Shown: positions 36,101 to 45,239 of the stretch, piece by piece
Layout: every line of letters starts with the position of its first letter
Numbering within the stretch: the stretch's first letter is position 1
Assembly: GCF_001194135.2 (NCBI RefSeq)
Contig: NC_068981.1
Span: 9,144,821-9,197,625 of the forward strand
From: Octopus bimaculoides
Lineage: Eukaryota
Direction: 5' to 3'
DNA length: 52,805 nt
Position numbers and translations under genes: made by a program
The notes under the pieces: generated by a model
Told to the model about the DNA's origin: nothing
The model's input: the letters and a program-made list of their open reading frames with translations, nothing else
Databases searched by the model: none

Positions 36101-36213
36101 AAACATTTAATATATTGTTTTGCCTACCTCGTTACCATCGTCTGTCTTTAAGACGCTTGTCACCAGTTCTCGTAGAAAATCTTCCAGTTCACTTCCCTCA
36201 ATATAACCATTAC
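201..36213 (-). CDS. Cbp53E: Calbindin-32 / calretinin-like hexa-EF-hand Ca2+-binding protein, spliced span of exons 2-11 (exon 1 not found)
   Basis: Ten hand-spliced exons give one open frame: (G)[261 protein letters not shown]. Two LLPxxENFL linker motifs are diagnostic of the calbindin/calretinin/secretagogin family. The symbol is that of the Drosophila orthologue; exon numbers assume one missing upstream exon. Confidence 0.95.
1346..1417 (-). CDS. Cbp53E: Calbindin-32-like exon 10 (72 nt; EF5 loop)
   Basis: ttgcag acceptor, gtaagg donor; [24 protein letters not shown]. Confidence 0.95.
1560..1718. repeat. Compound (CA)n/(TACA)n microsatellite
   Basis: Direct inspection; source of the HT/YIHT/VCMY pseudo-ORFs. 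Confidence 0.95.
1940..2290 (+). mobile_element. R4/Dong-type (RLE) non-LTR retrotransposon fragment, post-RT region
   Basis: Broken frame ...VLIPTFGILDWSVEEI...GNLHKNSDIDRLYLRRDKGGRGL; the D-RLY-R--GGRGL motif is typical of this clade. Confidence 0.8.
2340..2913 (-). mobile_element. Ty3/Gypsy (K02A2.6/Mag-like) gag C-half, CCHC knuckle and protease remnant
   Basis: AGVLNHMCENFKLQDLTQDTFKSLIFVQGL...IRARILSKME...IAEECQTMVNLKHD; zinc knuckle CYSCQNLGHRNSRC; protease-end-like GSDWLELFDLW. Confidence 0.8.
2914..4165 (+). mobile_element. hAT DNA transposon, 5' half (TIR plus transposase N-terminal part; spans a gap)
   Basis: TIR CAGGCTTGCCGAAC at 2914, next to CTCCGGCG (2906-2913, the TSD). Transposase remnant FIVEHNL...ARTKTT...FSLIVDEITD (frameshifted), with an internal stop. 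Confidence 0.85.
4166..4230 (+). mobile_element. 3' tail of RTE-related LINE/SINE followed by (TACG/TACA)n
   Basis: gccagctcttgtggtacagtcccgcccatggtagcatggaacacggacg is homologous to the tails at 5121-5230 (-) and 27540-27600 (+); it truncates the hAT here. Confidence 0.55.
4545..6360 (+). mobile_element. R4/Dong-type LINE RT-domain remnant, interrupted at 5121-5490
   Basis: NYRPIAC..., EQAAGKKG...EQLLINK, WLNYKKAFDSVTHSW, GIFQGDSLS, LF(V)DDLK, G(L)EFG; multiple stops and frameshifts. Confidence 0.88.
5121..5490 (-). mobile_element. RTE-related 3'-end element (truncated LINE 3' UTR or SINE) with internal ~65-bp repeats and (GAT)n tail
   Basis: Three CACGTAAAAAGCAC-type units, ends ...CCAACCCATGCCAGCATGGAAAGCGGACGTTAAACG plus (GAC/GAT)n; homologous to the RTE 3' UTR at 27400-27600. 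Confidence 0.75.
7050..7106 (-). CDS. Cbp53E: Calbindin-32-like exon 9 (57 nt; EF5 start)
   Basis: ttgaag acceptor, gtaagt donor; [19 protein letters not shown]. Confidence 0.92.
7215..7408. repeat. (GA)n - gap - (TG)n microsatellites
   Basis: Direct inspection. Confidence 0.95.
8000..8140 (+). mobile_element. CR1/L2-group LINE RT fragment
   Basis: SGVLQGAVLGPLLF...SYAEDTKV, matching GVPQGSVLGPLLF...YADDTK. Confidence 0.75.
8541..8586 (-). CDS. Cbp53E: Calbindin-32-like exon 8 (46 nt)
   Basis: ttctag acceptor, gtaaga donor; (K)[15 protein letters not shown]; phase matches exon 7. Confidence 0.95.
9164..9219 (-). CDS. Cbp53E: Calbindin-32-like exon 7 (56 nt; EF4 loop)
   Basis: ccacag acceptor, gtaagt donor; [18 protein letters not shown](K); ends in phase 2. 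Confidence 0.95.
9543..9648. repeat. (GAA)n trinucleotide tract
   Basis: About 35 perfect units; similar tracts at ~17294-17350 and 40380-40479. Confidence 0.95.
9650..10262 (-). mobile_element. Degenerate Penelope-like element 3' end (GIY-YIG C-terminus remnant plus 3' UTR)
   Basis: Minus-strand ICTNNKNPSFRIFPLY*FKDDTT...QR resembles the C-terminal F-IFPFY...R..KE..FI..P.LN pattern I recall for PLE endonucleases; heavily decayed. Confidence 0.45.
11621..12332. repeat. Long diverged inverted repeat (foldback); arms 11621-11836 and 12083-12332
   Basis: The left arm tgccagtacaaacatagaacttaattcatcaaccc...gatgttcgcaatcc aligns with the reverse complement of the right arm (two deletions in the left arm). 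The outer ~125 bp of each arm is a SINE fragment. Confidence 0.9.
13210..13293 (-). CDS. Cbp53E: Calbindin-32-like exon 6 (84 nt)
   Basis: cttcag acceptor, gtaagc donor; [28 protein letters not shown]. Confidence 0.92.
14330..15560 (+). mobile_element. Highly degenerate CR1/L2/jockey-group LINE RT remnant
   Basis: PNLWKIVTCPIP..., VMLAISKAIDRV...LRAK..PYGLHPALVS (cf. ALDISKAFDRV..LLAKL.SYG), LDRLQRK. Confidence 0.55.
16039..16266 (+). mobile_element. tRNA-head SINE copy 1 (tail type A)
   Basis: AAGGCGGTGAGTTGGCAGA head, B-box-like GAGTTCAAATTCC, tail ...CGACTTAATCCCTTTGTCC...CAATAAGAAAAT. Confidence 0.9.
16285..16499 (+). mobile_element. tRNA-head SINE copy 2 (tail type B)
   Basis: Same head and body; tail ...CGACTGGCCCCCTTCCCCAAAATTTCGGGCCTTG...GAAAAG. 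Confidence 0.9.
16517..16729 (+). mobile_element. tRNA-head SINE copy 3 (tail type B)
   Basis: Same head and body; tail ...CGACTGGCTTCTCCCCTAAAATTTCGGGCCTTG...GTAGAAAAT. Confidence 0.9.
18107..18163 (-). CDS. Cbp53E: Calbindin-32-like exon 5 (57 nt; EF3 loop)
   Basis: tcctag acceptor, gtaaga donor; [19 protein letters not shown]. Confidence 0.95.
18705..18838 (-). mobile_element. Diverged copy of the same SINE family
   Basis: Reverse complement matches the SINE body: gaccccgaaagga...gatttgaacttagagc...aaatacc. Confidence 0.6.
20338..20391. repeat. (ACT)n tract
   Basis: Direct inspection. Confidence 0.95.
21236..21940 (+). mobile_element. Internally deleted Tc1/mariner-superfamily transposon remnant
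   Basis: HTH-region FNRSPQKST...TIRTV..HKELNFRSWKLHYVQELKPED joined to (P)QKSPDFTSCDFYLWG and LEDLKIWIHEV...GRLRKLVAATGSYVE, cf. the PxSPDLxPxDFxLWG motif. Confidence 0.78.
23770..24150 (+). mobile_element. R4/Dong-type LINE fragment (zinc-knuckle region)
   Basis: HG...TFAIQEQ...RKCRMRHTSVDVILIISS*PKISARYYL, a decayed CCHC region; this explains the antisense 94-aa ORF 23869-24153. Confidence 0.7.
25070..25144. repeat. (AAT)n tract 5' of a Dong-type fragment
   Basis: Direct inspection. Confidence 0.95.
25145..25495 (+). mobile_element. R4/Dong-type LINE fragment (RT C-terminus), directly after (AAT)n
   Basis: NHFLFMDDLKLFGKS...IGKEFG..KC...YRYLGILE. Confidence 0.85.
26180..27127 (+). mobile_element. 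5'-truncated CR1-group LINE (RT C-half to ORF end)
   Basis: SYADNTKV...LQKDL...NMQFNASKF...DLGIEMS...LDYCFQLWSP...ELEAAQRHYTK...LSYWDRLKELRLY.LERRRERY...GPQLFN...FKRELD. Confidence 0.88.
27135..27605 (+). mobile_element. RTE-clade LINE 3' end (ORF C-terminus plus 3' UTR)
   Basis: RRLRWFGHVMRLDEDSCIKKC...GRP..TWD..LEADL, followed by CACGTAAAAAG repeats and a CCAACCCATGCCAG tail. Confidence 0.8.
27660..27980 (-). mobile_element. Second tRNA-derived SINE family
   Basis: Head with A-box-like TGACTCAGTGC and B-box GAGTTCGATTCC, followed by TGTGTTCTTGAGCAAGACACTTTAC central domain. Confidence 0.75.
28593..28719. mobile_element. 127-bp Tc1/mariner-type MITE
   Basis: Perfect 29-bp TIRs CAGGGTGTCCACAAAGTCTGGGTACATGG (28593-28621 and 28691-28719) flanked by TA on both sides. 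Confidence 0.93.
29010..29287 (-). mobile_element. SINE-like repeat with internal (CA/TA) microsatellite, truncated by a gap
   Basis: Recalled as an abundant Octopus repeat (GGATTTGGTAGACGGAAACTGAAAGAAGCC...GGGGTCGATTTGCTCGACTAAAGGCGGTG...AAAAGAGTAAAAG); shares the GTAC...GGGGTCGAT motif with the other SINEs here. Confidence 0.65.
31205..31251 (-). ncRNA. Type I hammerhead-like ribozyme motif (U4C core variant), sense to the host pre-mRNA
   Basis: aaaactgt [CCGACGA] ACG-GGAA-CGT [GAAA] C-TCTTA-G [TA] atagctttt; helix II fully Watson-Crick; predicted cut after 31214. Confidence 0.6.
31570..31616 (+). ncRNA. Type I hammerhead-like ribozyme motif (U4C core variant)
   Basis: aaaactgt [CCGACGA] ACG-GGAA-TGT [GAAA] C-TCTGA-G [TA] atagctttt: helix I, core, helix II with GGAA loop, palindromic helix III ACTC-T-GAGT, GUA cleavage triplet (predicted cut after 31607). 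Confidence 0.6.
31659..31761. repeat. ~100-bp hairpin / short MITE-like inverted repeat
   Basis: gaaaaaatgagtagagatggcttttgggggataatttttatttt ... aaaataaaaattgtccccaaaatagtcatctctactcatttttttc; arms about 44 bp, loop about 12 nt. Confidence 0.85.
32930..33185. repeat. Compound trinucleotide array (ATC)n-(GTC)-(GTT)n-(GCT)n
   Basis: Direct inspection; gives stop-free homopolymer ORFs in several frames. Confidence 0.9.
33670..33810 (-). mobile_element. Diverged SINE copy
   Basis: aatcgacccc...aactggtac...gatttgaactcagagc is the reverse complement of the SINE body. Confidence 0.55.
34037..34123 (-). CDS. Cbp53E: Calbindin-32-like exon 4 (87 nt)
   Basis: ttgcag acceptor, gtaagt donor; [29 protein letters not shown]. 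Confidence 0.95.
34636..34725 (-). CDS. Cbp53E: Calbindin-32-like exon 3 (90 nt; EF2)
   Basis: ttccag acceptor, gtagga donor; [30 protein letters not shown]. Confidence 0.95.
35769..35960 (+). mobile_element. tRNA-head SINE (same family as 16039-16729)
   Basis: AAGGCGTTGGCAGAATCGTTAGCAC...GTTCAAATTCCGCTGAGGTCGA...CACTGGGGTCGAT. Confidence 0.85.
36128..36213 (-). CDS. Cbp53E: Calbindin-32-like exon 2 (86 nt; EF1 loop C-half)
   Basis: tttcag acceptor, gtaggc donor; encodes (G)[28 protein letters not shown]; starts in phase 1. Confidence 0.93.
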
Positions 36214-37102
36214 CTGAAAGGAAACAGTTAAGAAATGAAGAAAGAGTGTCCGTCACTAAAACTGGAAGCTTTTCTCTTCAAATTAAAAATACAAGCTGAA
36301 CCAAAAGTCACGAAAGTGTCTGAAATTATAATGCATATTTAAAAACTTTTTTGGTTTTTTTGTATTTTTCGGAACTATTAAATATTGAAAGCCTCACCTA
36401 GGCCCACTCCCTGTACAAATGAAATTTGTTTGTGATTAGAACTAACCCTAATCGATTCAAAACAGCTGTGTTCAGTATTCTTTGGTTGATCATTAAGTGT
36501 ATATTAATATTTCATAAAACTGGTGGATCATGAAGTATCGAACTGGATTTTGATCTTTCGTTAGATTAACACCAATCAAACAAATATCAATAGGCATCAA
36601 AATGTATTAAAATTATCATGAAATCAATTCAAACAATTAAGTTTCTACTTTATAGACTTTCGAATAAAAATATCCCTGCTTTTAGGGATATCACCATTCA
36701 GAAAAATCTCCCATAAATCACACTTTAAAGTCTTAATAGGAACACGCATTTGTTTTGGCAGACACCAAAACAAATTCATTTTCAAAAGCTGGTACGAACT
36801 CCAATCGGGATAACAGTAACATCAAAAATACACATACACACCAACAGAGATAAACCTTATATACATATATGCACACATTCACACAGAAGACTCATACATA
36901 AAAACACCCCCCCACACACACACACACACGTAGCATACAGAAGCATACACCCACTATCACAACGATGGCTTTAAAAAAACACTACATATTACATATTATA
37001 TATGTATATGTGTGTGTGTATGATATGCCTGCATGTATATGTGATATATACATACATACACATATATGTGTGTGTGTATACATACATACATACATACATA
37101 CA

Positions 37103-37137
<35 letters not shown>

Positions 37138-38060
37138 NNNNNNNNNNNNNNNNNNNNNNNNNNNNNNNNNNNNNNNNNNNNNNNNNNNNNNNNNNNNNNN
37201 NNNNNNNNNNNNNNNNNNNNNNNNNNNNNNNNNNNNNNNNNNNNNNNNNNNNNNNNNNNNNNNNNNNNNNNNNNNNNNNNNNNNNNNNNNNNNNNNNNNN
37301 NNNNNNNNNNNNNNNNNNNNNNNNNNNNNNNNNNNNNNNNNNNNNNNNNNNNNNNNNNNNNNNNNNNNNNNNNNNNNNNNNNNNNNNNNNNNNNNNNNNN
37401 NNNNNNNNNNNNNNNNNNNNNNNNNNNNNNNNNNNNNNNNNNNNNNNNNNNNNNNNNNNNNNNNNNNNNNNNNNNNNNNNNNNNNNNNNNNNNNNNNNNN
37501 NNNNNNNNNNNNNNNNNNNNNNNNNNNNNNNNNNNNNNNNNNNNNNNNNNNNNNNNNNNNNNNNNNNNNNNNNNNNNNNNNNNNNNNNNNNNNNNNNNNN
37601 NNNNNNNNNNNNNNNNNNNNNNNNNNNNNNNNNNNNNNNNNNNNNNNNNNNNNNNNNNNNNNNNNNNNNNNNNNNNNNNNNNNNNNNNNNNNNNNNNNNN
37701 NNNNNNNNNNNNNNNNNNNNNNNNNNNNNNNNNNNNNNNNNNNNNNNNNNNNNNNNNNNNNNNNNNNNNNNNNNNNNNNNNNNNNNNNNNNNNNNNNNNN
37801 NNNNNNNNNNNNNNNNNNNNNNNNNNNNNNNNNNNNNNNNNNNNNNNNNNNNNNNNNNNNNNNNNNNNNNNNNNNNNNNNNNNNNNNNNNNNNNNNNNNN
37901 NNNNNNNNNNNNNNNNNNNNNNNNNNNNNNNNNNNNNNNNNNNNNNNNNNNNNNNNNNNNNNNNNNNNNNNNNNNNNNNNNNNNNNNNNNNNNNNNNNNN
38001 NNNNNNNNNNNNNNNNNNNNNNNNNNNNNNNNNNNNNNNNNNNNNNNNNNNNNNNNNNNN

Positions 38061-38108
<48 letters not shown>

Positions 38109-38839
38109 ATACATAGGTTTCATAGAACAGACAGTCGAAATAGATCTCACTATATGTATTTCTTACACTCAATTTATTCAGCAGAACGTTACAAACATGA
38201 CTCAAGTGTCGGTAGTTTCGTACACGACACGTGTCGAACTATACATACGTGTATATACGTATACATGTTTACAGAAATGCATATATGTTCAGGTATATGT
38301 ACATGCATATTACTACATGCTCACATGTTGAAGGATACAAATGCACACACATGCATACACATACAGAAAAATATCCACAGAGTTACTGGTTCATACATGC
38401 ATACATAAAGATACATTAATACACAAATATGAATAAACATCCATGTAGATAACCCATGTGCATATACATATATATACATGTGTGCGTGTGTATGTATGTA
38501 TCTATATGTGTGTGTGCTCATGTGTGTGTGGGTGTGTGTTTGTGTGCCTGTGTCTGAGTGTATCTGTGTATGTGTGTGTGTGTGTGTGTGATTGTGTGTG
38601 TGCGCGCGCGCATGTGTGTGTCTGTGTGTATGTGTGTGTGTCTGTGTCTGTGTCTGTGTATGTATCCATATATAAGAGGTCTTGGGCTAACAGGTCTTTG
38701 GGTCTGACGATACGCCATAAAGTTAAACCCTTTATGGACGGGAAACCCAGGGTAATTCCATAAACTGGCCTTCCCCAGTTAAAAACATAGGCTACTCTAC
38801 TTCTTAGAGTGTGCGTCTTCTCCGGATTTATGTTTTCTA

Positions 38840-39360
38840 AAAATGATCCTTTTCACTCCTTGGTCAGAGTTTTTCACTGAGACCACGTGGTTTCTGCCAA
38901 ATAGTTGACTAGGTCCCAACTCTGTCGTGTCTGTGAATATATTGCTTCATAGCCAGGACTGGGCAGCCAGAGATAATATGATTTATTGCTTCTTGTCCAT
39001 TTCCACATTTTCTACATTTACTTGTTATGTTTCTTTTCATTATAAATTTTTCGTAATTTCTGGTGGGGAGGCTTTGGTCTTGTGTTGCAATTAAAAAACC
39101 TTCAGTCTCTGCTTTGAGTCCTGAGCTTCTCAAACATTGCAGGGATTTTGTTTTGTCTATTTCTTTTGCATTTAACTTAACCCAATATTCGCCATTAAGG
39201 GGTTTTTCATGCCATCGTTTTATCATGATCCTTTGTTGTTCTAGTTTTAGTTTGGATTTCATTTGTTTTACAGCTTTTGTTTCATTTGTTTTACAGTTTT
39301 CCTTGCTTCTGAAATAGGTATTTTTGAAGTCCTATGATAATTATTTTATAATTGTTTTCT
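38840..39360 (-). mobile_element. R4/Dong-type LINE fragment (SGLKxETEG and zinc knuckle)
   Basis: ORF 38909-39262: SSGLKAETEGFLIATQDQSLPTRNY...CRKCGNGQEAINHIISGCPVLA..YIHRHD. Confidence 0.9.
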
Positions 39361-39364
39361 AGCT

Positions 39365-39559
<195 letters not shown>

Positions 39560-40489
39560 NNNNNNNNNNNNNNNNNNNNNNNNNNNNNNNNNNNNNNNNN
39601 NNNNNNNNNNNNNNNNNNNNNNNNNNNNNNNNNNNNNNNNNNNNNNNNNNNNNNNNNNNNNNNNNNNNNNNNNNNNNNNNNNNNNNNNNNNNNNNNNNNN
39701 NNNNNNNNNNNNNNNNNNNNNNNNNNNNNNNNNNNNNNNNNNNNNNNNNNNNNNNNNNNNNNNNNNNNNNNNNNNNNNNNNNNNNNNNNNNNNNNNNNNN
39801 NNNNNNNNNNNNNNNNNNNNNNNNNNNNNNNNNNNNNNNNNNNNNNNNNNNNNNNNNNNNNNNNNNNNNNNNNNNNNNNNNNNNNNNNNNNNNNNNNNNN
39901 NNNNNNNNNNNNNNNNNNNNNNNNNNNNNNNNNNNNNNNNNNNNNNNNNNNNNNNNNNNNNNNNNNNNNNNNNNNNNNNNNNNNNNNNNNNNNNNNNNNN
40001 NNNNNNNNNNNNNNNNNNNNNNNNNNNNNNNNNNNNNNNNNNNNNNNNNNNNNNNNNNNNNNNNNNNNNNNNNNNNNNNNNNNNNNNNNNNNNNNNNNNN
40101 NNNNNNNNNNNNNNNNNNNNNNNNNNNNNNNNNNNNNNNNNNNNNNNNNNNNNNNNNNNNNNNNNNNNNNNNNNNNNNNNNNNNNNNNNNNNNNNNNNNN
40201 NNNNNNNNNNNNNNNNNNNNNNNNNNNNNNNNNNNNNNNNNNNNNNNNNNNNNNNNNNNNNNNNNNNNNNNNNNNNNNNNNNNNNNNNNNNNNNNNNNNN
40301 NNNNNNNNNNNNNNNNNNNNNNNNNNNNNNNNNNNNNNNNNNNNNNNNNNNNNNNNNNNNNNNNNNNNNNNNNNNNNNNAGAAGAAGAAGAAGAAGAAGA
40401 AGAAGAAGAAGAAGAAGAAGAAGAAGAAGAAGAAGAAGAAGAAGAAGAAGAAGAAGAAGAAGAAGAAGAAGAAGAAGAATATCCTTATT

Positions 40490-41635
40490 ATATGAAAACT
40501 TCGGGCTTAATTGCTAGGTATGATGGAAAGTGTCAGCTGTCCCACGATCAGCAGACTAAGGTGACACTTGTTTTACTAGTCATGCTTCAAGAACCCTGCG
40601 AAGAATCCTTGTAGTTCCAAGCAATGCTGATTTTTGTAGGTGTTCTACCTTCAAACTTGCTATCGCCCACGTATTTACTGCTTAGATTTTATTCCATCCA
40701 GTCAATTTTGAGCACAACACCAACCTCAGTCTCCGAAAATACTCCATCCTCAGTTGCTCTTTCATTTCCTTTTCTATTATCTCATTGAACTCTAGTACAC
40801 GAAGGTATTTGTATCCTTCCGTTTCAATTTGTTTAATCGAGTCTATTCGGTAATTCTATCCCTGCTATGGACTGTACCTTGCTTCTTTTTAGCTAGATTA
40901 TTCTGCATTTCTTGAATCCAAATTCCATTCTAATATCTGTATTAAAAAAGTGGACCGAGTAAACCAAGGAGCTCACTTGTGTCTCATCTTTGCCATACAG
41001 TCTCAAATCATCCACGAAGAGGAAGTGGTTGATTGTCTAGGATTTTCCCTTTAGTTGGTACCCCAGGTTTGTTTTCCTAAGTACCAAGGCCAGGGTATCA
41101 TGCATAGAACAAAAAGCAACGGAGATAAGCTATCACCCTGGATAATCCCTCTTCTCACACCCAGGGTGCCCAAACTTTTTCCGTTAGATGTCAGTTCAGT
41201 TTTCCATTCCGCCATGCTTCTCTTCAGGAAACACGTTACATTCTTCGTAATTCCAAACAGATCTAAGCACTCGATGAGCCACGAATGTGGAATCATATCA
41301 TAAGCTTAGTCAATCCAGGCCATTCCCAGATTTGTCTTCCTTCGTTTACAATCTTGCATTACCATTTTGTCTATCAATAGCTGATCTTTGGTACCTCTGC
41401 ATCTCCTTCTGCAGCCTTTTTGTTCAGGTGGTAATATATCGTTCTCATCAAGAAATTTATACAGTTCTTCTGCAATTCCTCTGACAGTAACTCGCACATT
41501 AATGGCAAATAGGAAATTGGTCTGTAATTGTCAGCAGCATTTTCCTTTGATGCATCCTTCAGGCGTTTGTCCTTTTGTCAACCAGCCCAGGATTTCTTCT
41601 CCATTGATCAATGCATTAAATTGCTTTGCAATCAA
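40490..41635 (-). mobile_element. R4/Dong-type LINE RT remnant
   Basis: [19 protein letters not shown]...LGMAWID; MIPHSWL...RRGIIQGDSLSPLLFV; NHFLFVDDL; YKYL. Confidence 0.9.
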
Positions 41636-41636
41636 T

Positions 41637-41754
<118 letters not shown>

Positions 41755-41755
<1 letters not shown>

Positions 41756-41975
41756 TGTCTTTGCACCGCTTCTGACGCTGGAAGTGTACTACGGTATCAG
41801 CTGTTCACTACCAGTGAACTAAGGTAACACCCCTTATTTTTCGAGCACCTTCCAGTTCCAAGCAGTGCTGTTTTCTGCAAGTGCTCCCCCATTATTGCAG
41901 CCCCTATTTATTCCACGTACTTCTCGAAATTTTTACTCACTGTTTCCAGGGCTCCGACAATTATAATGAGGAATC
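41755..41975 (-). mobile_element. R4/Dong-type LINE extreme 3' end with (AAT)n tail
   Basis: IIVGALETVSKNFEKY...LQKTALLGT; its 3' UTR runs into the (AAT)n tract at 41671-41755. Confidence 0.75.
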
Positions 41976-43262
41976 TCATATTTCTGTACGATTATACAGA
42001 TAGTCTTGAAAGGATCAAAGTCTATTAAAATGAGCATGTTTACTTGAATCATTCATGAAATGGGCTGAGCTATGTTTGAAAAGACTGCAGCCAAACCAAA
42101 GAAAAAAAATAAACCAAACTGGTATCACATGATATGTATATATATGTATATATAAAAAAAAAAGAAACTAAGAATTTTGGAAAAGGTCTCAATAGGATTT
42201 CAAGACGAGCTCAAAATATCATCCCCTCCCTATTGAATGAAGTAAAAAACGGGCATTGTAACCCTTATAGGTCTGTGAAAACTCGCTGATCCAAGTTCGA
42301 ACAATTTAAACATAATCAATGAAGAGTTTGAGATACACACATGGACAATTACTTGGACCGCCGCCATCAAGACGTCCCCTACATCCAACAGTCTGGAATT
42401 TAAAATCTTAGTCTTACAGCGTTTACAATCTTAAGTTGAGATATTTGTGAGGACTTGGAAATCCAAAAGTACTGCAGCCCACTATGTTATTTCATACAAG
42501 ATTTGCAATCACTAACCTGACATACGCGTCTGAATCATCGATTAATCTTAACTGAGTTTGCGGCAAATTACTTATAAATGTTTGTTCATAATTTATTCGT
42601 CATATGCTAACAGATTACATAAACAGATTCCATCATCACGTAAAAATCATAGAGGTGGAGAAGGGGGGGACTGGTCATCACGTGATCACTCAATCTTATA
42701 GAAATAGCAACCAGATATTTTTCAAATTTCATTGTACTGTTTTTGAAAAAGAAGGAAAATTAATTGGATAGAGTAGTCCCAGATCCACTGCGTTTGAACA
42801 CATTTGATCGTGGTCGATTTGATCCAAGTTGAACGGGAGCTAAATAACAATAGCAACAACGTCATTATATAGAGATTGGGTATAAACATGTACAGTTCAA
42901 ATCTTTATTTTTCTTTCTAAACGTTGACTCATAAAAAGTCCTCACAATTTTTGTCATTAAAGTACATAGAGATCTCTCGGTCATTTCAAATGGCTTCCGG
43001 CATTTTCATCTTCTCTCATTACTAAAAATCTACAATACATTCATATCCCTCTTAAGCCGTCGTTTCATCACAGAATGGATAAATAAGAAGATATGACTAA
43101 TAATATAACTTAATAGAAGATTATCACAAGTAATCTCATGTAAATTAAATCTTATTGCACTCATTAATTTTTGGCTGGTTTCTGCATCTCGGTTCGTTTT
43201 CGTTTCTTCTACTTTCTTATCATTTCCTTTTTAATGCAGCCGAACATCCAGTTGCTTTCTAA

Positions 43263-43309
<47 letters not shown>

Positions 43310-43365
43310 TACATACATACATACATACATACACATAGACGCATATGTATACGTATGTACTAGTA

Positions 43366-43403
<38 letters not shown>

Positions 43404-43925
43404 TATATATATATAGATATAGATATATATATATGAACAATAAGCGGGTGTATTAGTTTGACGCTCGGGAAAGAGAGAAAGTCTTTTACGTTTCGAGCCT
43501 CCAACAGAAAGGAATAAGAGAAAATAAACAAAGAGAGAATAAAAGAGCTTGTATATTTAGCGGGTTCGATTTCCACTCATTCACTTATTTTTCCTAAAAT
43601 TTTCGTTGCGTCTTGCAACCTTTTCAATAATCGTTGACTCTGTCCGTTATCAGAGTTGCATTCTTTTTGTTTGTTGGTGCGCATGTGTGTGCGTCAGTGT
43701 GCATGTGTATACACATATGTATGTATGCATGTATGTATGTATGTATGTATGTATGTATGTACGTATGTATGTATGCATTTATCGGGGTCGATAAATTAAG
43801 TACCAGTGAAACACTGGGATCGATATGATCGACTATCCCTCTCACCGTAAATTCCAGGTGTTGTACCTATAACAGAAAGAATTGTTGTTGTTGTTGTTGT
43901 TGTTATTGTTATTGTTGTTGTTGTT

Positions 43926-43964
<39 letters not shown>

Positions 43965-45185
43965 CTGGAAGACTCACAGATAGTTCTTAATTACCTGCCA
44001 TTCTTTACTTGAAATCAGGCAATAACAAATTACGAAGGGTTCAAGTAGTGCCTTCTCTTGTGATGCAAAGAGACAATACTCTCCTTACAATGCAAGCTGT
44101 ACCCAACAGTGCTGTCTTCTGGATCATCTCGAGCCTGACATTAGCTCCAATATTCTTAAGATGCTTCTCAAAGCCCTTGGAAACTGCTCCGAATGCTCCA
44201 ATTACCACCAGTATCACCATTACTTTCCTCATGCCCCATAACTTTTCTATCTCGTTCCGCAGTCGCTGGTATTTCTCAATCTTTTCTGTTTCCTTACATT
44301 TCACCCTCAAATCGCCTGGTATTTACTTTACTATTATCTATTATCTTTACTTCTTTTTCATCTTTATGGATGAGCACGATATCTGGTCATCTCGCCTCCA
44401 TGACTTGGTCGCACTGAATGTTAAATTCCCAGAGTATTTTGTAATGTTCGTTTTCCATTACTCCATCTGGCTTGTGTTCATACCATTGTTCGGTTCTCTC
44501 GAGGTTTGCTTTACCGCACAACAGCCAGTGGACATATCTGGCCACATTATCGTGTCTCCTTTTATATTCACGTTGTGCAAGCTTACAGCACTCACTAATA
44601 ATATGGCTTATACTTTCTCTCTTCTCAGAGCACATCCTACACTGTGGCGAGTCAGTGCTTTTATCAATGTGATATTTGGAGTAGTTTGTTCTTGAGCGCT
44701 GCACACTAATGCTTCAGTGGGCCCTTTTAAGTCTCCTTTCTGCAGCCATTGCCAGGTTTTATTCCAATCAATCTCAGCTCTATTCTTCAAGAACTGACTA
44801 TGAATTTTCTCGTCCTGCCAAATTGTCTTCATCTGCTCTCTCTGGTCTTTCTTAAATTGTGTTGGATCTACGGCTTCGTTGATTTTTAAGGTTCCCTGCG
44901 TTTTCACTGCTTCAATCATTTCTTCTTTATTCCCCTTAACACACCAAGCCAGGCTATTCTCCTCTTCCCTTACACAACCTTCACAAAACGCTAAACCCCG
45001 TCCTCCTTCCCTCGTCTTTACATACAATCTTGACACACCACTGTTGGGGTGTAGTTCCTTGTTCATTGTCATTAATTTACGTGTTCTACAGTCAATCTCT
45101 TGTAATTCATGCGAAGGGAACAGGCTCACCTTATGGGTAGTAAGAGCTCTGCAGTCTTGGTTGACAATGTTACTAGAGATGGTGC
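43965..45185 (-). mobile_element. 5'-truncated R4/Dong-type LINE with RLE domain and (AAC/AAT)n tail
   Basis: RLYVKTREGGRGL; GDLKGPTEALVCSAQEQ; CRMC...ISHIISEC...RRHDNVA; ILWEF; EKIEKY..LRNEIEKLW...V.VIGAFG. Confidence 0.92.
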
Positions 45186-45239
45186 CTAGATAAAAAATAC
45201 CGGTCGGTGACGAACCTTAAAACACATACCTCAATGTTG

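Noticed and set aside
43440-43620. Minus-strand CTGTTG-GAGGCTCGAAACGT, resembling a PLE-type ribozyme end
   Set aside because: The core is incomplete (apparent deletion); the family assignment rests only on my recollection of an Octopus repeat.
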